Shown: positions 10,070 through 19,844 of the stretch, piece after piece | Layout: every line of letters begins with the position of its first letter | Numbering within the stretch: position 1 is the first letter of the stretch | Origin: an uncultured Gammaproteobacteria bacterium | GTDB taxonomy: Bacteria; Pseudomonadota; Gammaproteobacteria; Steroidobacterales; Rariloculaceae | DNA: 64,000 nt | Direction of reading: 5' to 3' | Assembly: GCA_964465375.1 (NCBI GenBank) | Contig: CAYXIJ010000004.1 | Location: 29,642-93,641, forward strand | Notes under the pieces: generated by a model | Told to the model about the DNA's origin: nothing | The model's input: only the letters and a program-made list of their open reading frames with translations | The model's database searches: none | Translations under genes and position numbers: made by a program

Positions 10070-12332
10070 GTGTCACTCCCAGATTTACTGAAATTGCTTG
10101 AAACCCAGCATCCTGGATAGCATTAATTACGGGCTCAGTTGCGCCATTACAAATAGCGATAATCGACCCTCCTCCCCCTCCTCCAGTCAGTTTTGCACCA
10201 AGAGCACCATTTTTTCGTGCTATTTCTACTAGTTGTTCAAGTTCTGGTGTTGATACCTGGAGAGCATTCAGCATCCCGTGGTTAATATTCATCAGCTCAC
10301 CCAATGCCTCGATATCTTCATCTTGAATCGCCTTCACGGCACTTAATACTAGTGTGTCAATCTCATCAAAAATACGCTCATAAAGTTTTTTGTCCTGTCG
10401 CCATGCTTCACGAACCCGACCCACAGTTTTAGCCGTTAAACCCTCGCGGCCAGTGATTCCGATAACAGCCGGGATCGGTTTGCGGATATTTAGAGGCTCA
10501 ACTAACGGAGGATCTCCAGGCCGAAATACGAGGGGCTTTGCATAACAGGCTAACGTGTTGTCTAGGCCACTTGGATTTCCATGGGCAATTTTTTCCGATT
10601 CATACGCCAACTGATTCACATCTTCGTTAGAGAGCCCTATCCGATAATGTCGATCAAGTGCTCGCACTATCGCAACGGCAATCGCAGCAGAACCACCTAA
10701 TCCCATACTACGAGGTACATCTGGAAATACCTCAATGCACATGCCACGATTACTCAAACCAAGCCTATCAAGTATCACACCAGCAGGCCGCTCAAAAGAA
10801 CGTCGCTCCGCAAAATTTCCTGCCAACTCATACTCAACGCCCCACCTGGGAATCATAAGCAAAATCCCCTCTTCTCGATCTTCTACAAGGGCCTTTACGG
10901 TGATGGGTATAGGCGTGGCAATTGCATGACGCCCATAAACAACTGAATGCTCTCCAAGCAGAACCACCTTGCCGTAGCCAGTGCCCATTGCAGATTCATT
11001 TGGATCTGCTTGTTTATCTAATCCATCAATTCTAAGTTCATTCCTTTTTAGCTCATCAGCAATTTCCTGGGCTTTCCAGATTTTAACGTCACCACTCTGA
11101 ATAACACGATCTAAAACTTCATCAAAAATTTCTTCTGACACACCAGCAGCTGTAACCACGCTGCGTGCGTGTAATGTCATATGACCCTTCTGGATACCTT
11201 CGGTTGCCAAAGCCCGAATTGCCGCAAAATTTTGTGCGAGACCTACAGACGCCATTACCTTTGCTAATTCAGTGGCTGAACCCACATCAAGCAAATTTAG
11301 ATTAAGAGATACCGTCGGATTGGAATCGATTGGAGCGCCCACTATCCCCACTTTAATAGGTAGCTCAATGGCGCCGCAAAGATTTCCATCCTCATCTGAC
11401 CACCATCGGGTAAGAGAAGTGTACCTACCCCCCCTTGCCGCATACGCATGAGCACCGGCCTCAATAGCCCGCCAGTCATTACCAGTGGCAATAGCAAGGG
11501 GATCGATCCCATTCATAATACCCTTATTGTGAGTAGCAGCCCTGTATGGATCTACTGAAGCAAAATCAGCTGCAACAATAATGCCGTCACGTGCTTGTTC
11601 TCCGGTATAACCGCGACCAGCTAATTCCTTCAACTCAATCTTGCAACTTGCGCGCACTAATGAGCGATCAGTTAGATTGGAAAGGATGCGCAAAAATACC
11701 TCTCCACCTGTAATCGATTCTATTAAAGGTGCTACACCCTCACACATCCCATTAACCAAGTTGGCGCCCATGGCATCTCGGGTATCTACCAACAGATGAA
11801 TAACTAGTGTCCTGCGACCGGTGGAAGGAAGCGGATGAACAAACATTTCGATATCTCTAGCGCCTCCGCCTCGAGCTACCATATTAGGGTGGAAGCTATT
11901 AGCTAAATTCAAAATTTCTTGTGTCCGCTCTTTAATCTTCTGCTTGGCACTCTCGATATTTGGTACATCGACCATTTGAATCTGCCCAATCAGAATAGGG
12001 TCGGTAGCTTCAGCCTGAAACCCATCGCATTTCCTAATAAGCTTGGAAGCAGCGCCCAATGCAGCCACGATAGAAGGCTCTTCAACCACCATAGGCACTA
12101 TGTATTGCTTGTTATTTACAAGAAGATTCATGCCTAGCCCAAGAGGTAACCCCATAACACCAACTACGTTCTCTATCATTCTGTCAGCCGCCGCCAAATC
12201 CAGCGTATGACGCCCAGAAGATAACGCACGAAAATCGGTTGCTGTTAATAAACCTCGGTCGCGCACAATCTTGACTCGTTCTTCTACGCTTAGCTTGTAG
12301 AACTCTGGAATTCTTAAGCCACTCTCGTCCAC
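10056..12332 (-). CDS. Bifunctional fusion of class II HMG-CoA reductase (aa 1 to about 428) and mevalonate kinase (aa about 451-758)
   Basis: One uninterrupted 758-aa ORF. The N-terminal part carries VVEEPSIVAA, ATHNKGIMNGID, TGNDWRAIEAGAHAYA and QKGHMTLHARS. Glu85, Lys270, Asp286 and His384 sit at almost the same positions as the catalytic residues I recall for the Pseudomonas mevalonii enzyme. The C-terminal part carries GHMP motifs GKVVLLGEHSVVYG, GLGGSAAIAVA and KLTGGGGGGS. The GTG start at 12332 is preceded by an AAGGAG Shine-Dalgarno sequence. Confidence 0.9.
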   Translation of the reverse strand: MDESGLRIPEFYKLSVEERVKIVRDRGLLTATDFRALSSGRHTLDLAAADRMIENVVGVMGLPLGLGMNLLVNNKQYIVPMVVEEPSIVAALGAASKLIRKCDGFQAEATDPILIGQIQMVDVPNIESAKQKIKERTQEILNLANSFHPNMVARGGGARDIEMFVHPLPSTGRRTLVIHLLVDTRDAMGANLVNGMCEGVAPLIESITGGEVFLRILSNLTDRSLVRASCKIELKELAGRGYTGEQARDGIIVAADFASVDPYRAATHNKGIMNGIDPLAIATGNDWRAIEAGAHAYAARGGRYTSLTRWWSDEDGNLCGAIELPIKVGIVGAPIDSNPTVSLNLNLLDVGSATELAKVMASVGLAQNFAAIRALATEGIQKGHMTLHARSVVTAAGVSEEIFDEVLDRVIQSGDVKIWKAQEIADELKRNELRIDGLDKQADPNESAMGTGYGKVVLLGEHSVVYGRHAIATPIPITVKALVEDREEGILLMIPRWGVEYELAGNFAERRSFERPAGVILDRLGLSNRGMCIEVFPDVPRSMGLGGSAAIAVAIVRALDRHYRIGLSNEDVNQLAYESEKIAHGNPSGLDNTLACYAKPLVFRPGDPPLVEPLNIRKPIPAVIGITGREGLTAKTVGRVREAWRQDKKLYERIFDEIDTLVLSAVKAIQDEDIEALGELMNINHGMLNALQVSTPELEQLVEIARKNGALGAKLTGGGGGGSIIAICNGATEPVINAIQDAGFQAISVNLGVTLDGS

Positions 12333-12341
12333 GGCTTCTCC

Positions 12342-13337
12342 TTAAATATGACCGTTAATACAGAGGCCCTGCTTATCAAGGCCAAAGTTGATAATTTTGT
12401 ACCGACTATTCTCCACCGTTCTCAAAAATGCTTTGAGCGCTCCAGCATCTGCCGAAAAAGCTAATCCTAGATCTCCTCCGCCCGCTCCACTTATCTTATA
12501 CGCCACATTATATTTCTTTGCCTCGCTGCCTATCGCCCTGTGTGCACGAGTTACTATATCAACACCCATAGCCTCACCTAACTCTCCCAGGCACTCCCCG
12601 TATTTAGTCAATGCACTAAGAAATGCTACACCATCATTTTCTGCTGTGGCAGCATGGCCAATTTTAGCCAAACAAGTCAGCTCCGTTAATTGCTTTGACG
12701 CCTGGGCTGGAAATGCATCTTGCCAAGCATTGAATCGCTTTAAAAAGTCTTTCGTCGATGCAGAGCTACCCACGCAAATACCCACGAATGCTACACCGCT
12801 TGGCAGCTGGATTGAATCAACTACAGGCGCAGAATCTTCTCGTAACTCAAAAGAAATCATCGAACCAAAAAGGCTAGCCGCCACATCGAGGCCACTGCCA
12901 AATCCGCCCTGTAAGTTCCGATGCCAACTAATAAGTTTTCTCAGGTCCTCGTCGTTTTTTTTGATACCACCTAAACCCGCGAAAGTACACCAAACTCCTG
13001 CCCACGCCGTGAGTGCCGCTGCGCTGGAACCGATCCCAAGCTTACCTAGCTCGCTGTATAACGCCCTAGAATCCAAATTCCCTCTCCAAGGATATTCCAA
13101 GCGACCATCATTAATTACCATGTCTACTAGGGATAGCCCAGATTCAGCCAATGAGTCAAATCTAAACTCCCGCAGTCTGGGAGCCCAGCTCCGAAGATGA
13201 CACAGGGTCTCGAAATTTTTGGAAATTTCGGCTCGACAGTAACGATCAACTGCTAGAACTAGCGCGGGCGCACCTTTGAGTACCGCATATTCACCTAGAA
13301 CGACAACTTTACCTGGGGCCCTTGCACTGACATTCAC
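12342..13337 (-). CDS. mvaK2: Phosphomevalonate kinase (GHMP family)
   Basis: Motifs APGKVVVLGEYAVL, GIGSSAAALTAW and KISGAGGGDLG. It lies between the MVD and HMGR-MVK genes and uses a GTG start. Confidence 0.85.
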   Translation of the reverse strand: MNVSARAPGKVVVLGEYAVLKGAPALVLAVDRYCRAEISKNFETLCHLRSWAPRLREFRFDSLAESGLSLVDMVINDGRLEYPWRGNLDSRALYSELGKLGIGSSAAALTAWAGVWCTFAGLGGIKKNDEDLRKLISWHRNLQGGFGSGLDVAASLFGSMISFELREDSAPVVDSIQLPSGVAFVGICVGSSASTKDFLKRFNAWQDAFPAQASKQLTELTCLAKIGHAATAENDGVAFLSALTKYGECLGELGEAMGVDIVTRAHRAIGSEAKKYNVAYKISGAGGGDLGLAFSADAGALKAFLRTVENSRYKIINFGLDKQGLCINGHI

Positions 13338-13340
13338 GAT

Positions 13341-14318
13341 TCAATCCCACTCTACCCCGGCTCCGAGTCCACTGCGAATCACTTCCTTCACTCCAGGTAC
13401 AGACTGAAGAACACCGGCTACGTACTGCACGGCAGAAGGCTCACAAACAGCTTTGACCTGCGGGCCAGCATCAATGGTGAAAAATACAGGAACACCATCC
13501 TGCTGCAGTTTCTGAATTGCATGAATGCACTCGACCGTAGCTCCATTCCAATACATTAGCGCTGGTTGAGTTGTCATGGCAACGGAGTGCATCTTCAGAC
13601 AATTAGACTGCGCTACGTCAGCAAGCATTTTAAAATCTCGATTCAAAATAGCACCCCGCCCCCGCTCTAAGTCTTTAGCGCTAGCATCCAACCAAGCCAC
13701 ATAATAAGGGGAGGTGGCCACAGATCTATTCATACCTTGTCGAGATCCTACTGCCTTTTCAGATCTATCTGTAAGCGCAATAACAACTCCAAGAGGCCAA
13801 GCAGACAATTCAAGCAATGGTTCCGCAAAGCTACCCTCCCCATCTCTGCTTTCATCCGCATGCATCTCGACGAATCCACCGAAAACGGAACGGGCGGCAG
13901 ATCCGGAACCTTGCCGTGCGATAATGCTTAATTCCCGAGGCGATACCTCTAACTTCAAAGCCACTGATGCAGCTGCCGCCAAGGCAGCAAACCCCGAGGC
14001 AGATGATGCCAATCCGGCTCCAAGAGGAAAATTATTCTTGCTAGTAACACTGGCGCAAGTTTTTATATCCGCACGTTCGCGTAAGATGTTTAAAAACTTC
14101 GAGATTCTAGGAACATATTCAGGCCGACTTTCCCCATCCAAAATAAGTTCATCTACTGAAAGACTTTCCTCAAAGGAAACAACAGTCTCCGAACAAAGCG
14201 CATCGAGGGTAATAGATATCGAGCCTACTGCAGGAATGTTCATATTTGAATCTGCCTTACCCCAATACTTGATCAAAGCGATATTGGCTCTTGCGGTCGC
14301 TTTAGACTGTGAATTCAT
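13341..14318 (-). CDS. mvaD: Diphosphomevalonate decarboxylase
   Basis: NIALIKYWGK and GLASSASGFAALA motifs. Its stop is 3 nt from the PMK start. Confidence 0.9.
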   Translation of the reverse strand: MNSQSKATARANIALIKYWGKADSNMNIPAVGSISITLDALCSETVVSFEESLSVDELILDGESRPEYVPRISKFLNILRERADIKTCASVTSKNNFPLGAGLASSASGFAALAAAASVALKLEVSPRELSIIARQGSGSAARSVFGGFVEMHADESRDGEGSFAEPLLELSAWPLGVVIALTDRSEKAVGSRQGMNRSVATSPYYVAWLDASAKDLERGRGAILNRDFKMLADVAQSNCLKMHSVAMTTQPALMYWNGATVECIHAIQKLQQDGVPVFFTIDAGPQVKAVCEPSAVQYVAGVLQSVPGVKEVIRSGLGAGVEWD

Positions 14319-14427
14319 AGTTAAGGATAATCGTAGCGCTTTATACAGGAATATTTAGAGCGCTCTTTCGATGGTACGATGGACAACCATGATAGCACGA
14401 CATCAAAAAATGCCCTTCGGACAGCGG

Positions 14428-15297
14428 ATGGATAACTATATTCAGCGGGTCGAAAAAAAACTAGTCGAAATTTTAGCTGATGAAAGTAGTGCCCCAACAC
14501 CACTTCAAGAAGCCATGAATTATGCAGTTTTTGGAGCCGGAAAACGGATTCGGCCATTGCTGAGCTATGCTAGTGGAGAACTTCTGGACCTAAAAGACAG
14601 TGTTATTGATGCAATTGCAGCTTCGATAGAATTGGTGCATACCTACTCTTTAGTTCATGATGACTTGCCGGCTATGGATAATGATGATCTTCGCCGCGGT
14701 CGTGCGGCGACTCATAGAGAATTTGATGAAGCCGTAGCGATTCTAGCTGGAGACGCCTTACAAACACTTGCCTTCTATTGCCTAACCTCTGATCCCGAGC
14801 TTTGCAAACAAACCAAAGCTCAGACAAAAATTATACACTGGCTAGCTAGAGCAGCCGGCCCACGCGGGATGGTTGGAGGGCAAACACTGGACATTTTAGT
14901 TGAGGGTAAGCAGGCTAATGAGACTTTGCTAAAAGATATCTATAAACGCAAAACTGGTGAACTCATTCGGGCTGCTATTATGATGCCGACCGAACTCACA
15001 AAAATTAGCACCCAAGAAAAACGTAGTCTCGATAAATTTGCACAAAACATTGGTCTTGCGTTTCAGATTCGAGATGATCTCCTAGAAGTAGAAGAAGACA
15101 CCATAACTCTCGGTAAAAGCGCCCAATCGGACAAGAAACAATTAAAAGCTACTTATCCATCTATGCTAGGTATTGAGCAAGCACATCAAAAGTTAAATGA
15201 AGTCTATGGTCTGGCGCTGGACGCACTGCAGACATTTGGCGATAGCTCGGAAAGCTTAATTAAATTATCCGAGCTTATTATCAGTCGAAAAAAATAG
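14428..15297 (+). CDS. ispA: Farnesyl diphosphate synthase / (2E,6E)-geranyltranstransferase
   Basis: First Asp-rich motif VHDDLPAMDNDDLRRG and second Asp-rich motif FQIRDDLLE. The start is uncertain. The ORF opens at 14371, and I chose the ATG at 14428 (MDNYIQRVEK) by length comparison with IspA. Confidence 0.88.
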   Translation: MDNYIQRVEKKLVEILADESSAPTPLQEAMNYAVFGAGKRIRPLLSYASGELLDLKDSVIDAIAASIELVHTYSLVHDDLPAMDNDDLRRGRAATHREFDEAVAILAGDALQTLAFYCLTSDPELCKQTKAQTKIIHWLARAAGPRGMVGGQTLDILVEGKQANETLLKDIYKRKTGELIRAAIMMPTELTKISTQEKRSLDKFAQNIGLAFQIRDDLLEVEEDTITLGKSAQSDKKQLKATYPSMLGIEQAHQKLNEVYGLALDALQTFGDSSESLIKLSELIISRKK

Positions 15298-15364
15298 AGC
15301 GCCTCTCTTTTACTTTATAATTCTAATAGAACAACAGCAATTTTAATAAAAATCTTTTTCGACT

Positions 15365-16603
15365 ATGTTTTTGATCGATCTTGGTATCTCCGCAACCGTC
15401 CGGACCCTTAATGCTGGGGGTGCCATGCTAAAAAAGTGGGGGCTTGCGACCCCAGACCTTAGTTTCAAAAAACTTGAATATCTGGCCAAAAAACGAACAG
15501 GGCTTTCTAATTTTGGTGACTGGGCATTCCAGAGGCCACTTGAAAAACTCATAGGGGCATATGAACAAGAAGCGAATCTAACTATGTTAGGCCGTATCAC
15601 TGTGCACGAACTCATTGCTAATGTCCTTATGAACCTTCTTTTATTAGAAGAAAAAAGACGATGCCAACCCAGCATAGAAGCCGAGCCGATTACTGATCCC
15701 GTTTTTATTATTGGCCTACCCCGGACCGGAACCACACTTCTTCATGGACTAATGGAGCAGGATACTAAAGTTAGGGTACCCCAAACTTGGGAGGTTATGT
15801 TTCCAGCAAACTGTTCAGGCAATACTGAAGAATCTAGCAACGCACGAGACCGTACCCGCAATCGTCTTAATTGGGCTAACCGGTTAGCACCTGGATTCAA
15901 GCGCATCCACAACATTGCGCCTGAACTCCCGCAAGAATGTATAGTTATAACTGCGCACGTCTTTCTTAGTACCCAGTTCCACACTGCGTGCAATGTTCCC
16001 TCCTATCAAGACTGGTTTGAACAAGAACCTCAAAAATTAGCATATGAATTCCACCATCGATTACTACAACATCTGCAAATCGGGCGCACCCCTCAACATT
16101 GGGTACTTAAAGCGCCTGGCCATCTATTCGCATTAGATGCCCTCCTAAAACGCTACCCAGACGCTAAAATTATTCAAACTCACAGAAACCCCCTACAAGT
16201 AATGCCCTCTATGGCTAGCCATGCTACCGTACTGAGACGTGCACTCAGTAACCAAGTTAACCCAAAAGAAGTAGCCCATGACTGGGCTATGCGTTGGAAT
16301 TTAGCTCTCGGAAAATTCTTGGGAGTTAGGGATCGATCACCCTCAGATCAATTCTTAGATGTGTACTACGACGATATTGAACGCGAACCACTGGAAACAA
16401 TTTATCGCATTTACGATTTTTTAGGATGGAAGATAGGGGATAGGGCCAATCAAGCTATGAAAATATTTTTAGATTCCAATCCAAAAAACAAGTATGGCGT
16501 ACATCGTTACTCACTCGGACAATATGGTTTGAGTCCAATGAGGGAACGGAAAAGATTCCGAGCCTATTGCGAACGTTTTTCTATTTCGACAACAGAGAAA
16601 TGA
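15365..16603 (+). CDS. Sulfotransferase family protein (PAPS-dependent type)
   Basis: 5'-phosphosulfate-binding loop GLPRTGTTLLH and 3'-phosphate-binding region IIQTHRNPL. It is 67 nt downstream of ispA on the same strand. Confidence 0.75.
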   Translation: MFLIDLGISATVRTLNAGGAMLKKWGLATPDLSFKKLEYLAKKRTGLSNFGDWAFQRPLEKLIGAYEQEANLTMLGRITVHELIANVLMNLLLLEEKRRCQPSIEAEPITDPVFIIGLPRTGTTLLHGLMEQDTKVRVPQTWEVMFPANCSGNTEESSNARDRTRNRLNWANRLAPGFKRIHNIAPELPQECIVITAHVFLSTQFHTACNVPSYQDWFEQEPQKLAYEFHHRLLQHLQIGRTPQHWVLKAPGHLFALDALLKRYPDAKIIQTHRNPLQVMPSMASHATVLRRALSNQVNPKEVAHDWAMRWNLALGKFLGVRDRSPSDQFLDVYYDDIEREPLETIYRIYDFLGWKIGDRANQAMKIFLDSNPKNKYGVHRYSLGQYGLSPMRERKRFRAYCERFSISTTEK

Positions 16604-16653
16604 CAGACACTGAAAATCAGGCTGGACAAACAGCCAGCTACCCAGTAGAGCCA

Positions 16654-18294
16654 TTATTTTTGAGGAAGATCCAAACGAAAATCAGCGAACTGCTCTCGGA
16701 GTTCTACCTTTGATACCTTGCCAGTTGCGGTGTGTGGAATTTCATCCACAAAAACTAGATCATCCGGAATCCAAAAATCTGCCACTTTCCCTTTAAATAA
16801 CCCCAGAATGGTGATTTTATCTGGGATGGCTCCTTCGTTCGGCACCACAACAAGCAAGGGTCGTTCTCCCCATTTCTGGTGGCCGACACCGATCACCGCT
16901 GCCTCTAAAACACCCGGGTGAGACACCGCAAGATTTTCAAGTTTGATGGAACTGATCCATTCGCCTCCAGACTTAATGACGTCTTTTGTGCGATCTGTGA
17001 TACCTAGATTGCCCTCCGGATCAATCGTGGCCACATCACCGGTGGAAAACCAACCATCAGCATCAAATGCATCATCAGATCCCTCGGAGCGGAAGTAATT
17101 GTCACAAACCCACCAACCTCGAACTTTGAGATCTCCGAAAGCTTTTCCATCCCATGGAAGCTCCTGGCCATCATCATCGACGATTTTCATTTCCACCCCG
17201 AAAGGCGCCTTACCCTGCTTGGCGCGAATCACATCGAGCTCAGAGTCTTCAAATCTTTCCATGGGCTTGCTAAGAGTATTGACTGATCCCAGTGGACTCA
17301 TTTCTGTCATTCCCCAAGCATGATGAGTATAGACGCCGTGTTTATCTTGGAATTCTTTCATTATAGATAGAGGGCATGCTGCACCCCCAACAACGGTACG
17401 CTCCAAAGAATCAACCGTGGTACCTGTTTCTTCGAGGTAAGACAAAAGTGCGAGCCAAACCGTGGGCACACCAAGTGCCACAGTAACGCTCTCGCCTTCA
17501 ATTAGGGCCTGAAGAGTCTTGCCATCCCCCATCTTTGGGCCAGGTAAAACCATCTTTGCGCCAGATATAAAGGCAGAATAAGGCGTACCCCAGGCGTTAA
17601 CATGAAACATGGGTACCACTGGAAGCACCGTGTCACGCCGACCCAAAGCTAGGGCATTACGTTGACAGGTTGCATACGCATGGAGCACCGTTGAACGATG
17701 ATCGTAAAGAACACCCTTTGGGTTCCCAGTGGTCCCAGAGGTGTAACACAATACGCTCGCAGTACCCTCATCTAAGACAGGCCACTCATAATCCTCAGAA
17801 ACCTCATGAAGAAGTGTTTCGTAACATTTAATTGATGGTAATGACGTCTGAGGCATTTTGTCTTCAGATGACAAGACAACGTAGGTTTCAATTTTAGGGA
17901 GCTGATCAGATAATTTTTCTACAAGTGGCAAAAAAACGGGATCAAAAAAAAGCGCTCGATCCCCTGCATGATTGAAAATGTACAAGAGTTGCTCGAAAAA
18001 GAGTCGTGGGTTGACAGTATGTAAAACATAACCGGCACAAGAAACCCCGTAATAAAGTTCAAGATGGCGAAAATCATTCCAAGCCAAGGTTGCAACACGG
18101 TCCCCTTCTGCCAGTCCAAGCTTATGCAGTACATTAGCCACCCGATGTGCCCTGCGAATGATATCCTTGTAGGAGCATCGGTGGAGAGAGTTTTCATCAG
18201 TAACAGAGACTACCTCTGTATCTCCGTATTGCCTGCCTGCAAACTTCATTATTTCTGTAATTAGCAGCGGGCTTCTCATCATCTGACCCTGCAT
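16654..18294 (-). CDS. AMP-dependent acyl-CoA synthetase (long-chain fatty acid-CoA ligase-like)
   Basis: [15 protein letters not shown]-binding motif and TGDVA...[15 protein letters not shown]. Confidence 0.88.
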   Translation of the reverse strand: MQGQMMRSPLLITEIMKFAGRQYGDTEVVSVTDENSLHRCSYKDIIRRAHRVANVLHKLGLAEGDRVATLAWNDFRHLELYYGVSCAGYVLHTVNPRLFFEQLLYIFNHAGDRALFFDPVFLPLVEKLSDQLPKIETYVVLSSEDKMPQTSLPSIKCYETLLHEVSEDYEWPVLDEGTASVLCYTSGTTGNPKGVLYDHRSTVLHAYATCQRNALALGRRDTVLPVVPMFHVNAWGTPYSAFISGAKMVLPGPKMGDGKTLQALIEGESVTVALGVPTVWLALLSYLEETGTTVDSLERTVVGGAACPLSIMKEFQDKHGVYTHHAWGMTEMSPLGSVNTLSKPMERFEDSELDVIRAKQGKAPFGVEMKIVDDDGQELPWDGKAFGDLKVRGWWVCDNYFRSEGSDDAFDADGWFSTGDVATIDPEGNLGITDRTKDVIKSGGEWISSIKLENLAVSHPGVLEAAVIGVGHQKWGERPLLVVVPNEGAIPDKITILGLFKGKVADFWIPDDLVFVDEIPHTATGKVSKVELREQFADFRLDLPQK

Positions 18295-18443
18295 ATCGCT
18301 CTCCTGCCTTAGTTAAGAGGGAAAATATACCTCCCACGCGCTGCACAGGGTAGCGAATAACGCAACATACTTCGCGAGCTAAGTTTATAAACCTGAAAAT
18401 TTAACTTGAGTCTGAGATTAAAAAAAGAGATAGTTTTCCCTTG

Positions 18444-18785
18444 ATGAATGAAAATTATATAGAGATAAGAAAAACGCTAATTGAAAAACGCGATGAACTG
18501 ACAGTGCGCCTAGAAAATATTAAAGAAAATATTACTGGGGGCCGAAGTGCTGACTCACAAGAACAAGCCCAAGAACTAGAAAATGCAGAGGTAGTTGATG
18601 CACTTGGCAACGAAGCCAGGCTCGAACTTAGCCAAATTGCGTGGGCTTTAGAGCAAATAAAAAATGGTAGTTTTGGTATATGTGTCAATTGCGATGAAGA
18701 GATTCCCATTGCTCGGCTTAAAGCACATCCATTTGCGGCCCTTTGTATTCGTTGTGCCACAGCAGCAGAGCAGAAAAATGGATAA
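18444..18785 (+). CDS. TraR/DksA-family C4 zinc-finger protein
   Basis: Coiled-coil N-terminus followed by CVNC-N17-CIRC. I prefer the ATG at 18444 over the TTG at 18441. Confidence 0.75.
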   Translation: MNENYIEIRKTLIEKRDELTVRLENIKENITGGRSADSQEQAQELENAEVVDALGNEARLELSQIAWALEQIKNGSFGICVNCDEEIPIARLKAHPFAALCIRCATAAEQKNG

Positions 18786-18799
18786 CCGCCACATTCCGT

Positions 18800-19789
18800 T
18801 CAAGGCAGAGGGTGCTGTTTAAGACTAGCGAGAAAAACCTCTGAATCCACGTTCGACCCAGATAACACAACACCTACGCACTCATGTTCGAATGTCGACC
18901 GGTTGAGCACGGCAGCAAGAGCCACAGCACCAGAAGGCTCAAGTACAAGCTTAAGATGCGTGGCAGCAAATGCTACAGCGTAACTGACTTGAGTGTCGTT
19001 GACCGTTACCCCACCACTCAATAGTTCCTGATTCAAAGCGAAGGTAATCAAACCAGGCACAGGCACCATAAGGGCATCACAAATTGTAGGGGGATGGCCC
19101 TGAACCATCTCCCTGTTCCCAGTCTCCAGCGAACGAGTCGTATCATCATAACCGTCAGGCTCAACGGCAAATACAGAACACTCGGGAAACTCCGCTTTCA
19201 GCGCAAGACCACAGCCCGCGCTTAGCCCACCCCCTCCGCAGGGCACGAAAACCTCGCCGAGCTGCAGTCCCCTAGCCCTAGTCCAATGTGCGAGTTCCAG
19301 TCCCACTGTACCTTGACCTGCAATGATGTCTGGATGATCAAACGCAGGAACTAATGCTAAACCACGTTTTTCAGCAATTTGCGAGGCTATGTACTCACGG
19401 TCCTCGGAATATCGATCATAAAATACAATCTCAGCACCCAAAGCTTGGGCATTGGCCATCTTGATCTTTGGCACATCCTTCGGCATAACAACTGTAGCCT
19501 TTATACCCAACCACTTGGCAGCTAACGCAACGCCTTGAGCATGGTTTCCAGAAGAAAATGCTACAACACCCGCTCGGCATTCATCAGGACTAAGTTGCAA
19601 AAGATGATTTAGTGCGCCGCGGATCTTGAAACTACCTCCGCGCTGCAAAGACTCAGCCTTGATAAGCACACGAGTACCGGCCCGCTCATTCAAAATACCT
19701 GACTCTAAAATAGGTGTCTCAATAACCCGATTTCTTAGACGGGTGACCGCCTCTTCCACATTTGACATTTTGGGTAACATCTTGGGCAT
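18800..19789 (-). CDS. PLP-dependent threonine/serine dehydratase family protein
   Basis: GGSFKIRGA PLP-lysine motif, SSGNHAQG and the Gly-rich loop PCGGGGLSAG. The start is ambiguous, with in-frame ATGs at 19789, 19780 and 19767. Confidence 0.85.
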   Translation of the reverse strand: MPKMLPKMSNVEEAVTRLRNRVIETPILESGILNERAGTRVLIKAESLQRGGSFKIRGALNHLLQLSPDECRAGVVAFSSGNHAQGVALAAKWLGIKATVVMPKDVPKIKMANAQALGAEIVFYDRYSEDREYIASQIAEKRGLALVPAFDHPDIIAGQGTVGLELAHWTRARGLQLGEVFVPCGGGGLSAGCGLALKAEFPECSVFAVEPDGYDDTTRSLETGNREMVQGHPPTICDALMVPVPGLITFALNQELLSGGVTVNDTQVSYAVAFAATHLKLVLEPSGAVALAAVLNRSTFEHECVGVVLSGSNVDSEVFLASLKQHPLP

Positions 19790-19806
19790 AGGAAACTCGG
19801 CGCAAC

Positions 19807-19835
19807 TTGCTATGGACCTAAGTCAGGATTATATT
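19807..19835 (+). promoter_or_regulatory. Sigma70-type promoter candidate for the B12 riboswitch and btuB transcript
   Basis: TTGCTA (19807-19812), a 17-nt spacer, then TATATT (19830-19835), about 10 nt before the riboswitch begins. Confidence 0.45.
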
Positions 19836-19844
19836 GCCTATTGA

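Noticed and set aside
12388-14358. Two long plus-strand ORFs (270 aa at 12388-13200 and 214 aa at 13714-14358), antisense to the PMK and MVD genes.
   Set aside because: The minus-strand products carry all GHMP and MVD catalytic motifs. The antisense translations are low-complexity (Ser/Pro/Ala-rich) with no recognisable motif or Shine-Dalgarno sequence. They are most likely stop-free antisense frames that arise by chance from codon bias.
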